DNA of 64,000 bases from a virus (IMGVR_UViG_3300044580_000119:5513-69512), one strand, 5' to 3'. Shown: positions 51,501-60,059, counted from the first letter of the stretch. Notes: generated by a model not told the origin, from the sequence alone. A program made the numbers and translations.

Positions 51501-51843
51501 GTGTGATTGGCATTGGAGTATTTGCATAATCTATGGTTTGTGTGCTGCTTACTGGTGCAACCATTCCTTTTGCAGTTGGACTAAAGTTATTATTAGTAGG
51601 TGTAACAGGTGGATTTGTAGATACATATTGTAATAACCGACTGGTGTTTGTGGGTATAGGCTGTTGTGTTGTTACAGGTGGTGGTGGTGGTGTTGGTGGA
51701 ACAGGCTGTTGTTCTTTTGGTTTATTTAATTCATCTATAAGGCGTTGCATCTCAGGGGTCAGCCAAGTAATATCATTCAATCCTACAATAGGACTGTATG
51801 GCTCTTCTTTTATCCCCGAATATAAATATGATAAATCCGCCAT
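42559..51843 (-). CDS. Giant (3094 aa) putative internal virion/DNA ejection polyvalent protein
   Basis: Pro-rich N-terminus, Gly/Ala hydrophobic region, PE/T-rich linkers, helical C-terminus with hydrophobic segment; last of three increasingly large genes. Confidence 0.7.
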   Translation of the reverse strand: MADLSYLYSGIKEEPYSPIVGLNDITWLTPEMQRLIDELNKPKEQQPVPPTPPPPPVTTQQPIPTNTSRLLQYVSTNPPVTPTNNNFSPTAKGMVAPVSSTQTIDYANTPMPITQYSPPYEPAPPPKQQTQQPILAGTPLLKINPEDLKNLDYKVLQNFYPTAPKSSIDVAPPIQEVWKQPIELTPDEKKQVEQFKNIDNISFYNEYQYIEPNISKNIAETLFQQDRLRQETDDFNIKNQNAVRYMRAYFDGDMSKNVLATELPELRRYIYNKDDGQLKFIYDYWKGMYQPLSVDVVNRLQNKIDKKIVPDNAYDLGIATRYGRIILDDENIYRIYNGEVMPFPVATVNQKGKIVPIKYDLTGAVELDDVLSFASEKDRKYLEQKFPPNIMSQSRPTAAELGAALYNDPVYKRIANNPEFLYTMYKRKQTEAEQAGPIKSALAGFGESLAEIPRQALNLLRGEENKVETLPVEYKEPLAYEVGSLAGSFIPAIGLGGAAGGAAKLASSALKLGKIPSRIITIGSTATGIGTEHNLTVLNKYQRGDLTAGQAAESIAINTAMNIGGIATGTAIGIPVSKGIEATGKLSIPKFIRASLLSGVDNAGWTFVSGKIDQKPEFFLAPLAQAPTTSKEKKFTITPEEAHNLGLSFMVGLVFPIFDVAYGKQARREYELKQGLKISPEAQATADRVIKTIVQEPEVKTAIENDDQVALNRAAEKVAPQVAEQENISPQTANNLIKTLIDPDQGASQIIATLAKTKDTKEANEYFKNITNIDNFFADKESQRLQGAVHKVFETHKINPENIQNVQAVTGEGKKKGYIIYTDDGDAKTLHYISEGKQGHTASLSNKEAPVDMYRNELGILNEYLTRQKQKGILPNDLDIYINTETKVPTLHQGEMTQPGFKKYSQTITGDIPNEIKYEPTREEIPTITEPKPEQLPEQIIEPPKTEPEKTETATAPKEAIPPTEETIQPETVAGETAEPIKETQQPEQTEITPARPVEPEITAKPTQTENVPIEQTKPTEIPPEQTEMPPVKEEATKPIETTKTEEIPPQTEVKPAKNTIEPTKVEEPIKTIPEQPVIKGEETAKAEPEVVEPDKLISKIKTLKDIEANYSDKIFSEWEYGIDNEGLYYLFEKDKPRFREEAAKTYEKVLKDPRMLTREKTYELFQKVTGRSLEDVKEIVDTDLSGLYHKVYTGELDEHNRPVEKYFVDNYKLNHLSKYWDNIDQNIKYRKASEERAKRGLPNKEIYEMTGKELDEYLDKYDKQRKEDRYNELKVTKEDITTKTGDIKTYYSTSSDKDSPNFDITTKGKRKITYDVSYQPPGYGFWTPRESFASSNINEIIDWMNQKIKKYVESYTYNPEKIGKYYFNPEDEHKKYVKYALEEGEKVPDVVLKEYPDLQQIKNQKIVTPVKETPEQPVIKGEEPVKAEPVKAEPIKPEPAKVKEEPTTQTKQTVKVAATSAEQPTTKSVVKNKEKPQKELKKKSIPSPTKILEQRTTEKITKQVEQDAKNIEATGSVNKSGHTQFAKLQDEYVAKQTKNISNKVARNKFLYENKVDASNLSDYTKNITEYITPKTYAKAFNEAKTVADVVKFLKDRNINIKLTPNEHTIFNTHEQIKTNYPTAILNDIIPFEDGPIKGVLYKYDNINIVARYTPDGKITIQDMPKITPPETIETPPPKQQKKRTATNKQLENDILTRQTLQAGLKDIDGTVKQSKEFKYNQKIINKISNLIDNDKNSPVYLTKISEGTERGYLTLDWGGEDNLHNALTLLGLSDQEAQDFIKLNHLGKYQHLENGTVTFKPLQNDLSINSDENTLYMSLIPGLEKLPGAIHNLFKRAFDQYDEKAMGNLYKNRGLPDAYSTEFARKDINIPMAKEDILARMQDYPELQALYNERPKKPYYNYIAVVGYLDRIKETNPSKLSEATANAVMYLRQNETKQLWGAPIVQLVGDAVTRLRRLMIKDGIMPVSRKDQEWKKEIFNPFIKKLKGADKEIKEMGIKAPNSMAYYIGEIGDRVFRDLEDAWRAADEYPKKNRDLERQNIRTNNLKGDYLKDDLIIEYAHKVFKQEAPDLSKLLSESKKFQQQVIDLYKNKIDAEQWLTDYATLNNIPSNIIDVNRHTVADLPAIKERYEKLINNREQTNELLTFQLKNLEEDNVAAKGFRDQIKQNEALIAQYEEYVDLLDKAIKFKDHSILIQHSTRDWDMKYKAPYGLSIYEVNKNFERIPTYKQTEQFDYMLYYDSEKKVNNFMQYGIDIGGRHLKLPSKDLKYPANIFVDEAGKLYKVQTFKYEFKTNLALTEAKEIVASILKTSNIAENLNANKAKIVGKISEYKTYLEGLADEGMLDSSAMEYFDDVDDMLNSLSHSQAEAELEKVLRRMLTKLENPSLFQLTTHNSFGYHPDDLLRYTGKKVNKDSYYFDAMNKNKESLQKSELKTRFRNILLDELMTLNDMGISGRYPRLVQDLHDRMLNINVSTVKQNVDAFNNSKIGVMGRAAEQLGVGALYFTNAVLATKNRLNGAITNSTYLMSQLAALNKMYDQAKGTTVAKTYAQAEALSQMELFKEYFANASPYSDPFLNDIHHAIFDRNVIQSVIVEGVTSQFGKSLRKIVDIGYSPMKHTEFMNRYPSLMMQTALDAPTYKDLIANGKITEEAAIDEVLARGLDVSFMTQGIYEKEWRSGIERWLIDHVPLGKWFITMKSPFINQLYYIGNYIADLTIRAGASQQKKMAVAGLGAFAIASTLLVGYSNMPGTEDAKMLIEDLVQMSNQDKNFKIDVWMEEQAVQYLMNLGASEKNARKFYSALYDGVLGTFTDIRFRQLGDMSGLLDAFIVDITRDMIRNAKTQSKEDFIRSTFRKRLPQIYNLAHGYNALTSGILTDRNGMPLRDVSTLEAIKLMIFGESNLDVHTGLEIYNKSNMTPTDRIEDITKFETLNLKRNEKDNLTDAINRLDQSQKDKIDEIYRNYYGLGKPRKTKKYKEMLKVGKDYIDDLLQDENIRNLIIQFDPQVDRYYGRNTEAERNLNALEQAAARYVSSLQRADMTNDILHNVLRQSDRVKSIYADDKYKGRSIEDYPEEEQIKRFLDLYIENKKKAQK

Positions 51844-51846
51844 AGA

Positions 51847-54180
51847 TTATTTTGATTTAGGTTTTTTAATTTGTTTTGTAAAGTAGCCTTTAGCCTCACT
51901 GTGTGGTACGATATTAGCCGTGCCGATTAAAGCCTCTTTGAACTCTCTTAAAATTGTATCGTCATTATGCGATTGAAATACATGAGGATCTAATTCATTT
52001 TGACCAACTAATGCGTCCCGTGGAACTTGGATATTATCAATTATCATATCGATAAATTTCTGATATGCTGCTTCAAGAGAAGCCTCATCTGTTAAATCTT
52101 TTACTTGTTTATTAAATACTTGTCCCCAAGTATAATTACCCTGTGGTGTTTGGATACCTAACATTTTTACTGTTTTACTTTTTGGATCTTCAGCAAAAAG
52201 TAATTTATGATTATTGAAGTTGATACTATCGCTACCATTATTCGATAATTGCCATAATATTCTCGTCATATATTGACTTGCTAATTGTGGATCTGAATCA
52301 TTGATATTATAAGTAACTCCTCCAACTGTTAATGGAATTATCTTTTTCTTCATTCTGGATTTTGCGACATTAAATGCGGCAGTAATTGTTTTTGTAGGTG
52401 TGAGTCCTTCAGGTCGGTCTTTAGCCTGTCCGATATAAGCATCGGCTATTACTGATCCTTGAGGTACATTTTCATTGGTAGTGTCAGCTGTGGCTACAGC
52501 ATTAACGCCATCAAGACTTAAATAATTAAGTGTCCTATATTGTTTTGATCCACCACCACCACCTCCTCCTCTTGGTGTCTTAGTTGTAGTTACATTGCTT
52601 GCCGAAGTATCGAGAGTTTGTGGTTTAGGTTCTTCAAATTGAGGCATTTGGAATTGTGTCATTTTTTCAACAGCTGGAGCAAGTTGTATTGTGGACAATC
52701 CAAAATCTGTAGCTCCACCACTTTGACTTGGATTATAAGGATTATCTCCTCTTAAAACATTAGCACTCGATCCTAATGCTTGTGCTTGTGCTTTAAAATC
52801 AATATTATTCAATTGCGAATAGGCTCCTTTTAAATTATTAAGATATGATTCTAATTGATCTGGAGTATAATAATTTAATTTCAAACCGAAACTACTATTC
52901 TTTTGTTGCTCTTCATAATTCCTCAATTTATCTATTGCTACAAGATCCTCTGGTGTCGCAATATTCCGAGCCCAACCTGGCATAGAAATAGGTGCAAGCA
53001 TATCTTTTATTTTATTCCATTCTAATATTTGATTTCGATAAATATTTTCACCATTTCTATCTAATGCTCGTACCTTCCGCACAGTGCCATCTGGATCAGT
53101 TTTAGTTGTTTCATATCCATAATGTTTATATAGTTCGTTAAACAAATCACTATAACCTTGATTTAATTTTGCATTAATCCCCTGTCCTATTTGAGATACA
53201 TCATTTATCATTTGCTGTAATTTAGGATCAGCAAGCTGTCCATTAGGATGTCTCTTCTTCATTTCAAGTAGTGCATTTTTTACTTCAGGATCTTTGTATG
53301 CGTTGGGATCGACCATACTAGACCAATCTATAAAATTACCTGTAAATTTACTACCTGTTTTAGTTGTAGTTATGCCAGTGTCAGTACCTGTTTCTGTACC
53401 TGTTTCTGTTCCTGTGCCTGTTCCTGTGCCTGGTGGTTGTGATAGTGGTAATGCTGACGCTATATTTAAATTTTGTGGTGTAATTTGCGGTGCTTGTGGA
53501 TTAAACCCAGCGTTTTGATTAGTAGTAGAACTTTGTGGGTATAAACTAGCTGTTCCATTTGGGAACAAGTTCGTTAAACCAGTATTAGATTGTGCTTTAA
53601 TATTAATACCATTAGGAAACAACCCTTTTAATTGCGTAGGAGAAAAAGATGGTGGATCAGGTGTTGTGTTAGGTGTTGTATTAGGTGCTGTATTAGGTAT
53701 AGCGTTGGCATTGGTAGTATTTGCGTTAGTTTGATTTGCATTCGTAGTATTTGTGCTTGTTGCTTGTGGGTTAAATCCATTATTACCTGACATCATATTT
53801 TGAATATCTTCTTCTGTAAATGGATTTCGATTTTCAGCTGTGCTAGTAGATTGATAAATTCCTAATTGTTTATTAGCTTGCGATAAATCAAATACAAAAT
53901 CATTAACACCAGGACCTGTTTTAGTTTGACCGATAGATTTAAGATATTGTTGTGCCTGTGCTTCCAAATTATCCCCCCTCGCCCGATCGCCCATTGCATA
54001 AGCTTGCGCTGCCATCTGTTGAGCTTGTAAAGCAGATGATAAATAACTCTGCGCCATCTCCTTCTCTCTCTGCTCACGGAAGGATTGCATTGTAGATTCT
54101 TGATTAGATAATGCTGTCCCTTGCTGGACTCCATAACCTAAACCTTGTAAAACTGAACTTGGATGTGCATATATTGTCAT
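51847..54180 (-). CDS. Putative DNA ejection/internal virion protein
   Basis: Q/N/T-rich, GLGYGVQQG N-terminus, GTGTET repeats; position. Confidence 0.6.
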   Translation of the reverse strand: MTIYAHPSSVLQGLGYGVQQGTALSNQESTMQSFREQREKEMAQSYLSSALQAQQMAAQAYAMGDRARGDNLEAQAQQYLKSIGQTKTGPGVNDFVFDLSQANKQLGIYQSTSTAENRNPFTEEDIQNMMSGNNGFNPQATSTNTTNANQTNANTTNANAIPNTAPNTTPNTTPDPPSFSPTQLKGLFPNGINIKAQSNTGLTNLFPNGTASLYPQSSTTNQNAGFNPQAPQITPQNLNIASALPLSQPPGTGTGTGTETGTETGTDTGITTTKTGSKFTGNFIDWSSMVDPNAYKDPEVKNALLEMKKRHPNGQLADPKLQQMINDVSQIGQGINAKLNQGYSDLFNELYKHYGYETTKTDPDGTVRKVRALDRNGENIYRNQILEWNKIKDMLAPISMPGWARNIATPEDLVAIDKLRNYEEQQKNSSFGLKLNYYTPDQLESYLNNLKGAYSQLNNIDFKAQAQALGSSANVLRGDNPYNPSQSGGATDFGLSTIQLAPAVEKMTQFQMPQFEEPKPQTLDTSASNVTTTKTPRGGGGGGGSKQYRTLNYLSLDGVNAVATADTTNENVPQGSVIADAYIGQAKDRPEGLTPTKTITAAFNVAKSRMKKKIIPLTVGGVTYNINDSDPQLASQYMTRILWQLSNNGSDSINFNNHKLLFAEDPKSKTVKMLGIQTPQGNYTWGQVFNKQVKDLTDEASLEAAYQKFIDMIIDNIQVPRDALVGQNELDPHVFQSHNDDTILREFKEALIGTANIVPHSEAKGYFTKQIKKPKSK

Positions 54181-54197
54181 TTTACCTTCCTCTTATA

Positions 54198-55637
54198 TTA
54201 TGTCCCCGTAGTCGGTTGTTTTTCTTGTTTAATATTATATTGCAATCCCTCACTATACAATCTTTGAATTAATGATTGCAATGGTGCTATCTTTCCCCAA
54301 TTCCATCCAGTTAATATACCACCACCCATTTGACCTAAACCACCCGCTAACCCAGCTAGTGGATTCTCTGGTATTAACGCCATAGCACCTCGTTCAGCTG
54401 TAGAGCCTAATTGCTGTGCTAAACCAGCCGCAGGTGCTACCGCTGATGTGTCCCATTCATTTAAATAAGGGTGCACTTTTGTAACAAATGTAGTCTTCCT
54501 ACTTGTATCTAATATATTATCTGCCTGCCCTTGTAATTGTCCTGATAACGCTCTAGCTTGATTTGAAATTTGAGCTGCATCGGCTAATGCACGTCTATTA
54601 CCTCGTGATTGTTGTTCCCCCACTGCATTGATAGCACTTGTTAAAGAACTTAATGGTGCATTGCCAGCCACTTGATTTAATTGCCGTGCTAAATTCCGTG
54701 ATTCTAATTGTGCAGTTCTAGCACCACTTTCATATGCTTGCTGTCCTTCTGATAATGCACGCCCAGCTTCTGATTGCAATCGCTGCGCAGTGCCCATCGC
54801 CTCTGCTGACGGTCCTTGATTTTCCATCGCAGTTCTAGCGCCGTATGCCGCTTGTTGCCCTGATTGACCCATAGCATTGCGATTCACTACTAATTGTTGT
54901 AATAAAGGACCTAATTCTAATAATGCATCTTTTGAAGCACCTAATGCCTGCTCGCCTGGACTACCACCTATTACCCTACCTAACGCATTTGATGCCATAG
55001 AACCCAACATACCAGCTACACCACCACCTGTAAGCATACCTAATGCACCAAGAGCGTCGCCAGTGCCAGGTAATACGTTTTTCAATAAGCCCATTATCTC
55101 ATTGACTTGATTGGTCTGGTCTTGCAACATCATCATATTAGGGGCTTCATATTGCTTTTCAGCTGGGGCTGATGTAGTATTAGCAGGAGCTGATGTAGTA
55201 TTAGCAGGAGCTGATGTAGTATTAGCCGGTGCGGATGTATTATCAGCTAGTGCTGCTCCAATGTTTTGTAAATAGTTCGTAAAAGCATTTGGGTCGCCTT
55301 GGCTCGACTGCGATATGTATTGCATAAATCTATTATTATCAACTGTTGTTGGTGCTGAAGTTCCTGCATTTTTAAAATAGCTCATAAATGAAGATGGATC
55401 CCATTCGGACTGATTTGTAGTTCCTGCATTTTTAAAATAGCTCATAAATGCAAGTGGATCATTTATAGGTTGAGGTGCTGCTATCGCATTCATTAATTCT
55501 TGCGAAATTGTAGGCTCGGGTAAGTATCCCCCTTGTTGCAATTGAGTTAAAGATTGAAGTAATGTATCAATATTCATTGTGCCTGGATGTAATAAACCCT
55601 GTATAAGATTGTTATTATTATTAAATGGTACTGCCAT
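54198..55637 (-). CDS. Putative DNA ejection/pilot protein
   Basis: A/G/Q-rich helical sequence with Gly-rich hydrophobic stretches. Confidence 0.6.
   Translation of the reverse strand: MAVPFNNNNNLIQGLLHPGTMNIDTLLQSLTQLQQGGYLPEPTISQELMNAIAAPQPINDPLAFMSYFKNAGTTNQSEWDPSSFMSYFKNAGTSAPTTVDNNRFMQYISQSSQGDPNAFTNYLQNIGAALADNTSAPANTTSAPANTTSAPANTTSAPAEKQYEAPNMMMLQDQTNQVNEIMGLLKNVLPGTGDALGALGMLTGGGVAGMLGSMASNALGRVIGGSPGEQALGASKDALLELGPLLQQLVVNRNAMGQSGQQAAYGARTAMENQGPSAEAMGTAQRLQSEAGRALSEGQQAYESGARTAQLESRNLARQLNQVAGNAPLSSLTSAINAVGEQQSRGNRRALADAAQISNQARALSGQLQGQADNILDTSRKTTFVTKVHPYLNEWDTSAVAPAAGLAQQLGSTAERGAMALIPENPLAGLAGGLGQMGGGILTGWNWGKIAPLQSLIQRLYSEGLQYNIKQEKQPTTGT
55165..55450 (-). repeat. Intragenic repeats: 21-bp tandem (NTTSAPA) and a 30-bp exact duplication at 60-bp spacing (FMSYFKNAG)
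   Basis: gctgatgtagtattagc units at about 55165-55243; ttcctgcatttttaaaatagctcataaatg at 55361 and 55421. Confidence 0.85.
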
Positions 55638-55642
55638 TTATT

Positions 55643-56248
55643 TCACCTTACTTTTGTAAAATGTGTAATACGGAAATAATTAGCAGGTTGTATAATGCGG
55701 GTTTTTTCATATACCCCATCACCATCATATTCTATGCCTTTGCCTTTTGGTGCTGTAGTATTGCCACCTATACTTATCCCCTGTTTCTTATCCCATTTCT
55801 TTACTATCTCGATATGCCCATACGCTGTATTACCACGTCCCCAAATTACTAAATCGCCCTTTTCTATTTGCTTCGTTCCTCGTAATACATCATTTGCGTT
55901 AATAGATGTTTTTAAAATAAATTTCCTAGCAGATGCTGAACGCATTGCTGGTTCACGGACATTATTAACACTTAAACAATAACTTACAAACGCAGCACAC
56001 CAGGCATAATTACCTTTTAAACCTACTGATTTTAAAAACTTTTGAATGTGCCGTTTGCCCGCTTGACTGTTCTCAGTAATGCCCTCATATCCTTTTGCCG
56101 TGTCATATACAGCGTCGCCAATTCTATGTTGATTATCAGCTATCCTTAACGCATATGAAACATTATCAGAATTACGACCAATAATCTCCGCATTCGCTAT
56201 ATATTGCGTAATTAATAATAATAATAATATGAAAATAAATTTTTTCAC
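55643..56248 (-). CDS. Endolysin, CHAP/NlpC-P60 peptidase with signal peptide
   Basis: MKKFIFILLLLL..ANA signal; AWCAAFV, GD.V.W, GHIEIV, IGGNT. Confidence 0.85.
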   Translation of the reverse strand: MKKFIFILLLLLITQYIANAEIIGRNSDNVSYALRIADNQHRIGDAVYDTAKGYEGITENSQAGKRHIQKFLKSVGLKGNYAWCAAFVSYCLSVNNVREPAMRSASARKFILKTSINANDVLRGTKQIEKGDLVIWGRGNTAYGHIEIVKKWDKKQGISIGGNTTAPKGKGIEYDGDGVYEKTRIIQPANYFRITHFTKVR

Positions 56249-56547
56249 GCCATACTTAATATTATACCAATTAATATAAAATAACCTAACATTACCAAAG
56301 CATACGCTATATTGTTGTCTTTAATTTCACTTACAGTGTCTATATCCTTTAATAGAAATATATCCACCAATACCCATATACCAATTGCTATGCCTACTTT
56401 AAGTAGCCCTACAAAAAAACTGCTAATCTCTACAAAATTAACAATAGATAACCACGACAAAAAAGCTCCAATTATAATAATACCTACTACTACTATAATT
56501 TGTTTAGTATTAAACTTCATAATAAACTCTTTAATTTTATTGAACAT
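56245..56547 (-). CDS. Holin-like three-TM protein (DUF350-like C-terminus)
   Basis: Three hydrophobic helices, EIKDNNIAYAL; overlaps the endolysin start. Confidence 0.65.
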   Translation of the reverse strand: MFNKIKEFIMKFNTKQIIVVVGIIIIGAFLSWLSIVNFVEISSFFVGLLKVGIAIGIWVLVDIFLLKDIDTVSEIKDNNIAYALVMLGYFILIGIILSMA

Positions 56548-56551
56548 TTTT

Positions 56552-57229
56552 TTATCCTCCATTAATATAATAAGTTGTCCCATTTATATCAGTAATATCT
56601 ATACGGTACAACTGATAATAACTTTTTCTATCAAATAATATTTGTGCATTATTGCCTGCACTAATTGTTTTATTTTGTTGATTCGCAATAGCAATCCAAG
56701 TATATCCATCTAATGATTGCGATACACTATAAGTAAGTGCTTGCGCCCCTGAATTAATAATCTCTAAATGGACATCTTGGTCTTGGTAGTTCTCATACAG
56801 AAAAGAATTATCGCCTGTATATACTTCCGCAATTTGCTGACCAGTATTATTAAATAGAGCAGTGCCTGATTTTGTTATATTTAAATCTACTGTGCCATAA
56901 GGCACTACGTTACCATTATATACATCAGGAGTAATAACATAAGGTATTAATATACGCAATTTCTTTTCTGCTTCATTAACTGATACAATTGTAAATTCAC
57001 CATTGAAAAAATCGCTATCTGTAATTTTAGCTTTCATATTAACAAACCAATTATTTGGCGTCATCTTATCCAAGACTAATTCCCAAGTATTCTGTCCTAA
57101 TAATCCAGAAATTAATGTAGCAGTTAATAACACACACGGCGTATCATAATCAGTTAAATCTAATACTGTATGTGCTTTGAAATTTCTATAAGATAATTTT
57201 TTACTAAACTTATAATTATTAGTTATCAT
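56552..57229 (-). CDS. Putative structural protein (beta-rich)
   Basis: GGAG RBS before MITNNY; SLDG.TW motif. Confidence 0.5.
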   Translation of the reverse strand: MITNNYKFSKKLSYRNFKAHTVLDLTDYDTPCVLLTATLISGLLGQNTWELVLDKMTPNNWFVNMKAKITDSDFFNGEFTIVSVNEAEKKLRILIPYVITPDVYNGNVVPYGTVDLNITKSGTALFNNTGQQIAEVYTGDNSFLYENYQDQDVHLEIINSGAQALTYSVSQSLDGYTWIAIANQQNKTISAGNNAQILFDRKSYYQLYRIDITDINGTTYYINGG

Positions 57230-58163
57230 TTTTTGCTCCCTTAAATACAAAATTAATAAAATTTCTATCAATATCTTCACATACCGCTTGAAGATTTTTC
57301 ACATCATTACCAAATATATCTATTACTATCCCTTTTGGGGGACACGTTATAAATAATAAATCTTTTATTAAATCCTTTGGCATCACATTGTTGCTATCAG
57401 GCGTGAAAGACCATATAGACCTTTTACTTCGCCCACTACGTATAAATATTTCCCGATGATTCTCTACGCTTAATAATGTTGTGTCATCGTGTAGAAAATC
57501 TTTTATATCTATATCCAATATTTTATTTAATTTTTCTAATTCTTTTTTGGTGGGCAATACTAAACTTGTCTTCTCAAACCATTCTTTATATAATATACTA
57601 AATTCTTTTAATAATCTTTCGTGTTTATCTGGGCTAATATAAGATTGATAAACATTAATAAATTTGTTTTTTAAATACAATAATTGAGCTCTATCAATAT
57701 CATTCATTTTACGTTCTATAATTGTAGTTTTATCGCTTTCTGTTTTTCGTTTATATGTTAAATATTCATTATGCCGTTCAAATTGATTATGAAAATATGA
57801 ATTATTACTCTTCGCAATTAATACAATTAAATCATAATCTACAGGACTACGTTGCATTACATAATTTACAGAGATATTTTTTTTGTGCCATACAATTACA
57901 TTCTTAATGATGTAGCCACAATCTAAAATATGATTTATAATTCTATATGGAATACCCATTAACCCTGCGAATTGATTATCATCATATTTATATGCGTCTG
58001 ATAAATGTAGACACAGATTGCCATTATTATTTAGTATATCGTGTGCAAAATCAATAATGTTAAAGATATATTGATAATTTATCTCTTCATTATGATATGT
58101 ATCAATAACGATAGAACTGATAATACAATCAGGGCGTTGATGTTCTTCGCTTTGGTTTATCAT
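57219..58163 (-). CDS. Degenerate beta-class DNA methyltransferase homolog
   Basis: GIPYRI, KNVIVWHK, KRSIW, CPPKGIVIDIF retained; SPPY replaced by SIVI and FxGxG by FGND. Confidence 0.7.
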   Translation of the reverse strand: MINQSEEHQRPDCIISSIVIDTYHNEEINYQYIFNIIDFAHDILNNNGNLCLHLSDAYKYDDNQFAGLMGIPYRIINHILDCGYIIKNVIVWHKKNISVNYVMQRSPVDYDLIVLIAKSNNSYFHNQFERHNEYLTYKRKTESDKTTIIERKMNDIDRAQLLYLKNKFINVYQSYISPDKHERLLKEFSILYKEWFEKTSLVLPTKKELEKLNKILDIDIKDFLHDDTTLLSVENHREIFIRSGRSKRSIWSFTPDSNNVMPKDLIKDLLFITCPPKGIVIDIFGNDVKNLQAVCEDIDRNFINFVFKGAKNDN

Positions 58164-58536
58164 TAATCTCCCCGATATTATTCAGTTTATTCTCAATTTT
58201 ATCAATTGTGTTCTTCAAATCATCTACTAACACACTTAACTTATCTACCGCTCTTGATATTGATTGTAATTCTTTCGTTAATTGGTCTAACATTGTTTGC
58301 ATTCCTTTATTTTGTATTTCAACAGTTGTTACTCGTTCAGATATTTTTTTTATATGTTGATTATTATTAATTAGTGAAGGGTCATTCATTTTATCTATTA
58401 ATCCTTGTAATTGTATTTGTAAAGCAGTTAAATCATTTTGTTGTTTTCTTAAAGCTTGTGCTGCAGCAATCCCGATAGTTATTAATGTGCTTAGTAACAA
58501 TACTATTACCCCACCTAAAATTTCTTCTGTTAACAT
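58129..58536 (-). CDS. TM plus coiled-coil protein (holin/anti-holin-like)
   Basis: N-terminal TM followed by a long heptad coiled coil. Confidence 0.55.
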   Translation of the reverse strand: MLTEEILGGVIVLLLSTLITIGIAAAQALRKQQNDLTALQIQLQGLIDKMNDPSLINNNQHIKKISERVTTVEIQNKGMQTMLDQLTKELQSISRAVDKLSVLVDDLKNTIDKIENKLNNIGEINDKPKRRTSTP

Positions 58537-58548
58537 TCTCGCCTCCTA

Positions 58549-60036
58549 TTATCCTGTTATCACTACTTCTAATTCATTACTTGCTGGCGGTTGTGAGAAT
58601 TTGAATGTAGTTGTCGTAGTAGATGTATTTTCAATATCACACATTACTTCAGTATAAGGCGAAGCAGCTAAAAATACTTTTGCTACTACTTGTCTAACAC
58701 CCAAATTATGTGGTACTGCAATAGAAGTAGCAGAGCCATTACCGATAATTGCCACATATTTACCTGTAGTTCCTAAATTAGCTCGTGCTCCAGCTGCTGT
58801 GGTTGCGCCTGTGCCTCCTTTGGCTATAGGTAATGTGCCTGTAACTTTTGTTGTAGTTAAATCCACTGCACCAGTTGCTAATTTAGCACTCGTAATACCA
58901 CCATCTTTAACGTTTAATTTATTGGTTGTTATCTGTATGGTGCTATCATCAACGCCTACCTTTAAACCACTAGCGTCTTTTTGCACTGCACCATTTGCGT
59001 TCAATTTAGCACCTAATTGGTTTGTGTTAATCTGCATTGATTGAGTGTCTAAATTTACCTTAACGCCTGATGCTGATTTAGTAATTGCCCCCGCTGTGTC
59101 TAATTTTACTTGCAAATTATCTGATGCAATTTCAATAGATTGATTATCTACATTTACATCTAATGTATTACCAGTACGTGTAAGTCCTGCACCACCTAAT
59201 ATTGAACCTGCACCAGGAAAATATGTCCAAGTTATCGGCGTAGTCCCTAGTGTGCCACCTTCGTCTACTGTGCATAACCAAGCAGTATCTCCGTTCTCAG
59301 TTCCTTGCTCAACTATAACAGCGGCACTAACTAATTCAGCCCAACTATCAGCATTGGTTGAACGAGCCCAAGAACTGGTAGCAACTATATAAATACCATT
59401 TGTAGATTGTGTAGTTTGATTCTTTACTAATACTCTATCACCCGCACTTAATGCAACCCCATCAATTGTTTGTTCTCCCGACAGTGTTATATTCGCAGTA
59501 GTAGCAGCTTTCACACTTTTCCAATCTAATCCATTCACAATAGCATCCACATAACCTTTTGTGGCGGCATCGGTATCAATTGTAGGTGTACTCACGCCTA
59601 TAATTTTATGGTTATTCATATCTACATCTGCAGTAGGTTTAGGTATTGCATTAAGAGTAGTTCCACCTGGCATTGCTTTCGTGCCATCAGTTATACTTAA
59701 ATCTACCCCTGCTTTATCACTTACGACTGATATAGTCCCACGACTCCCCGCGGTACCTACATTTTCAGGATTAAAATCAATTACTACTTGATTACCTACT
59801 TGACTAGTTACAATTGCCGACCCACCATTAATCCAAGATAATAACTGAGCTACACCTCCCAATATAACGACCCAAGTTGAGGTTGTGGAATTGTAATATT
59901 TTAATACCTTATCAGTAGTGTTGTAATATATCTGTCCATCAATTGGCGCTGGGTTTGTAGGGTCTGATGCCCGAGAATCAATGACAATATTTTGAATTTG
60001 ATTTCGATTTAAATCAAGATTTGAACGATATTGCAT
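58549..60036 (-). CDS. Fibre-like structural protein
   Basis: DGQIYYNT anchor, DAATKGYVD, ATTANITLSG..TIDG, VD..(S/T)I repeats, GGTGAT, HNLG C-terminal module. Confidence 0.8.
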   Translation of the reverse strand: MQYRSNLDLNRNQIQNIVIDSRASDPTNPAPIDGQIYYNTTDKVLKYYNSTTSTWVVILGGVAQLLSWINGGSAIVTSQVGNQVVIDFNPENVGTAGSRGTISVVSDKAGVDLSITDGTKAMPGGTTLNAIPKPTADVDMNNHKIIGVSTPTIDTDAATKGYVDAIVNGLDWKSVKAATTANITLSGEQTIDGVALSAGDRVLVKNQTTQSTNGIYIVATSSWARSTNADSWAELVSAAVIVEQGTENGDTAWLCTVDEGGTLGTTPITWTYFPGAGSILGGAGLTRTGNTLDVNVDNQSIEIASDNLQVKLDTAGAITKSASGVKVNLDTQSMQINTNQLGAKLNANGAVQKDASGLKVGVDDSTIQITTNKLNVKDGGITSAKLATGAVDLTTTKVTGTLPIAKGGTGATTAAGARANLGTTGKYVAIIGNGSATSIAVPHNLGVRQVVAKVFLAASPYTEVMCDIENTSTTTTTFKFSQPPASNELEVVITG

Positions 60037-60059
60037 TTTATTTTTCCTTTAATTTATTT

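Noticed and set aside
42559-51843. crAss-type virion RNA polymerase
   Set aside because: Only YFDGD and TDDGD were found, not the DxDxD catalytic motif; a structure search would be needed to exclude it fully
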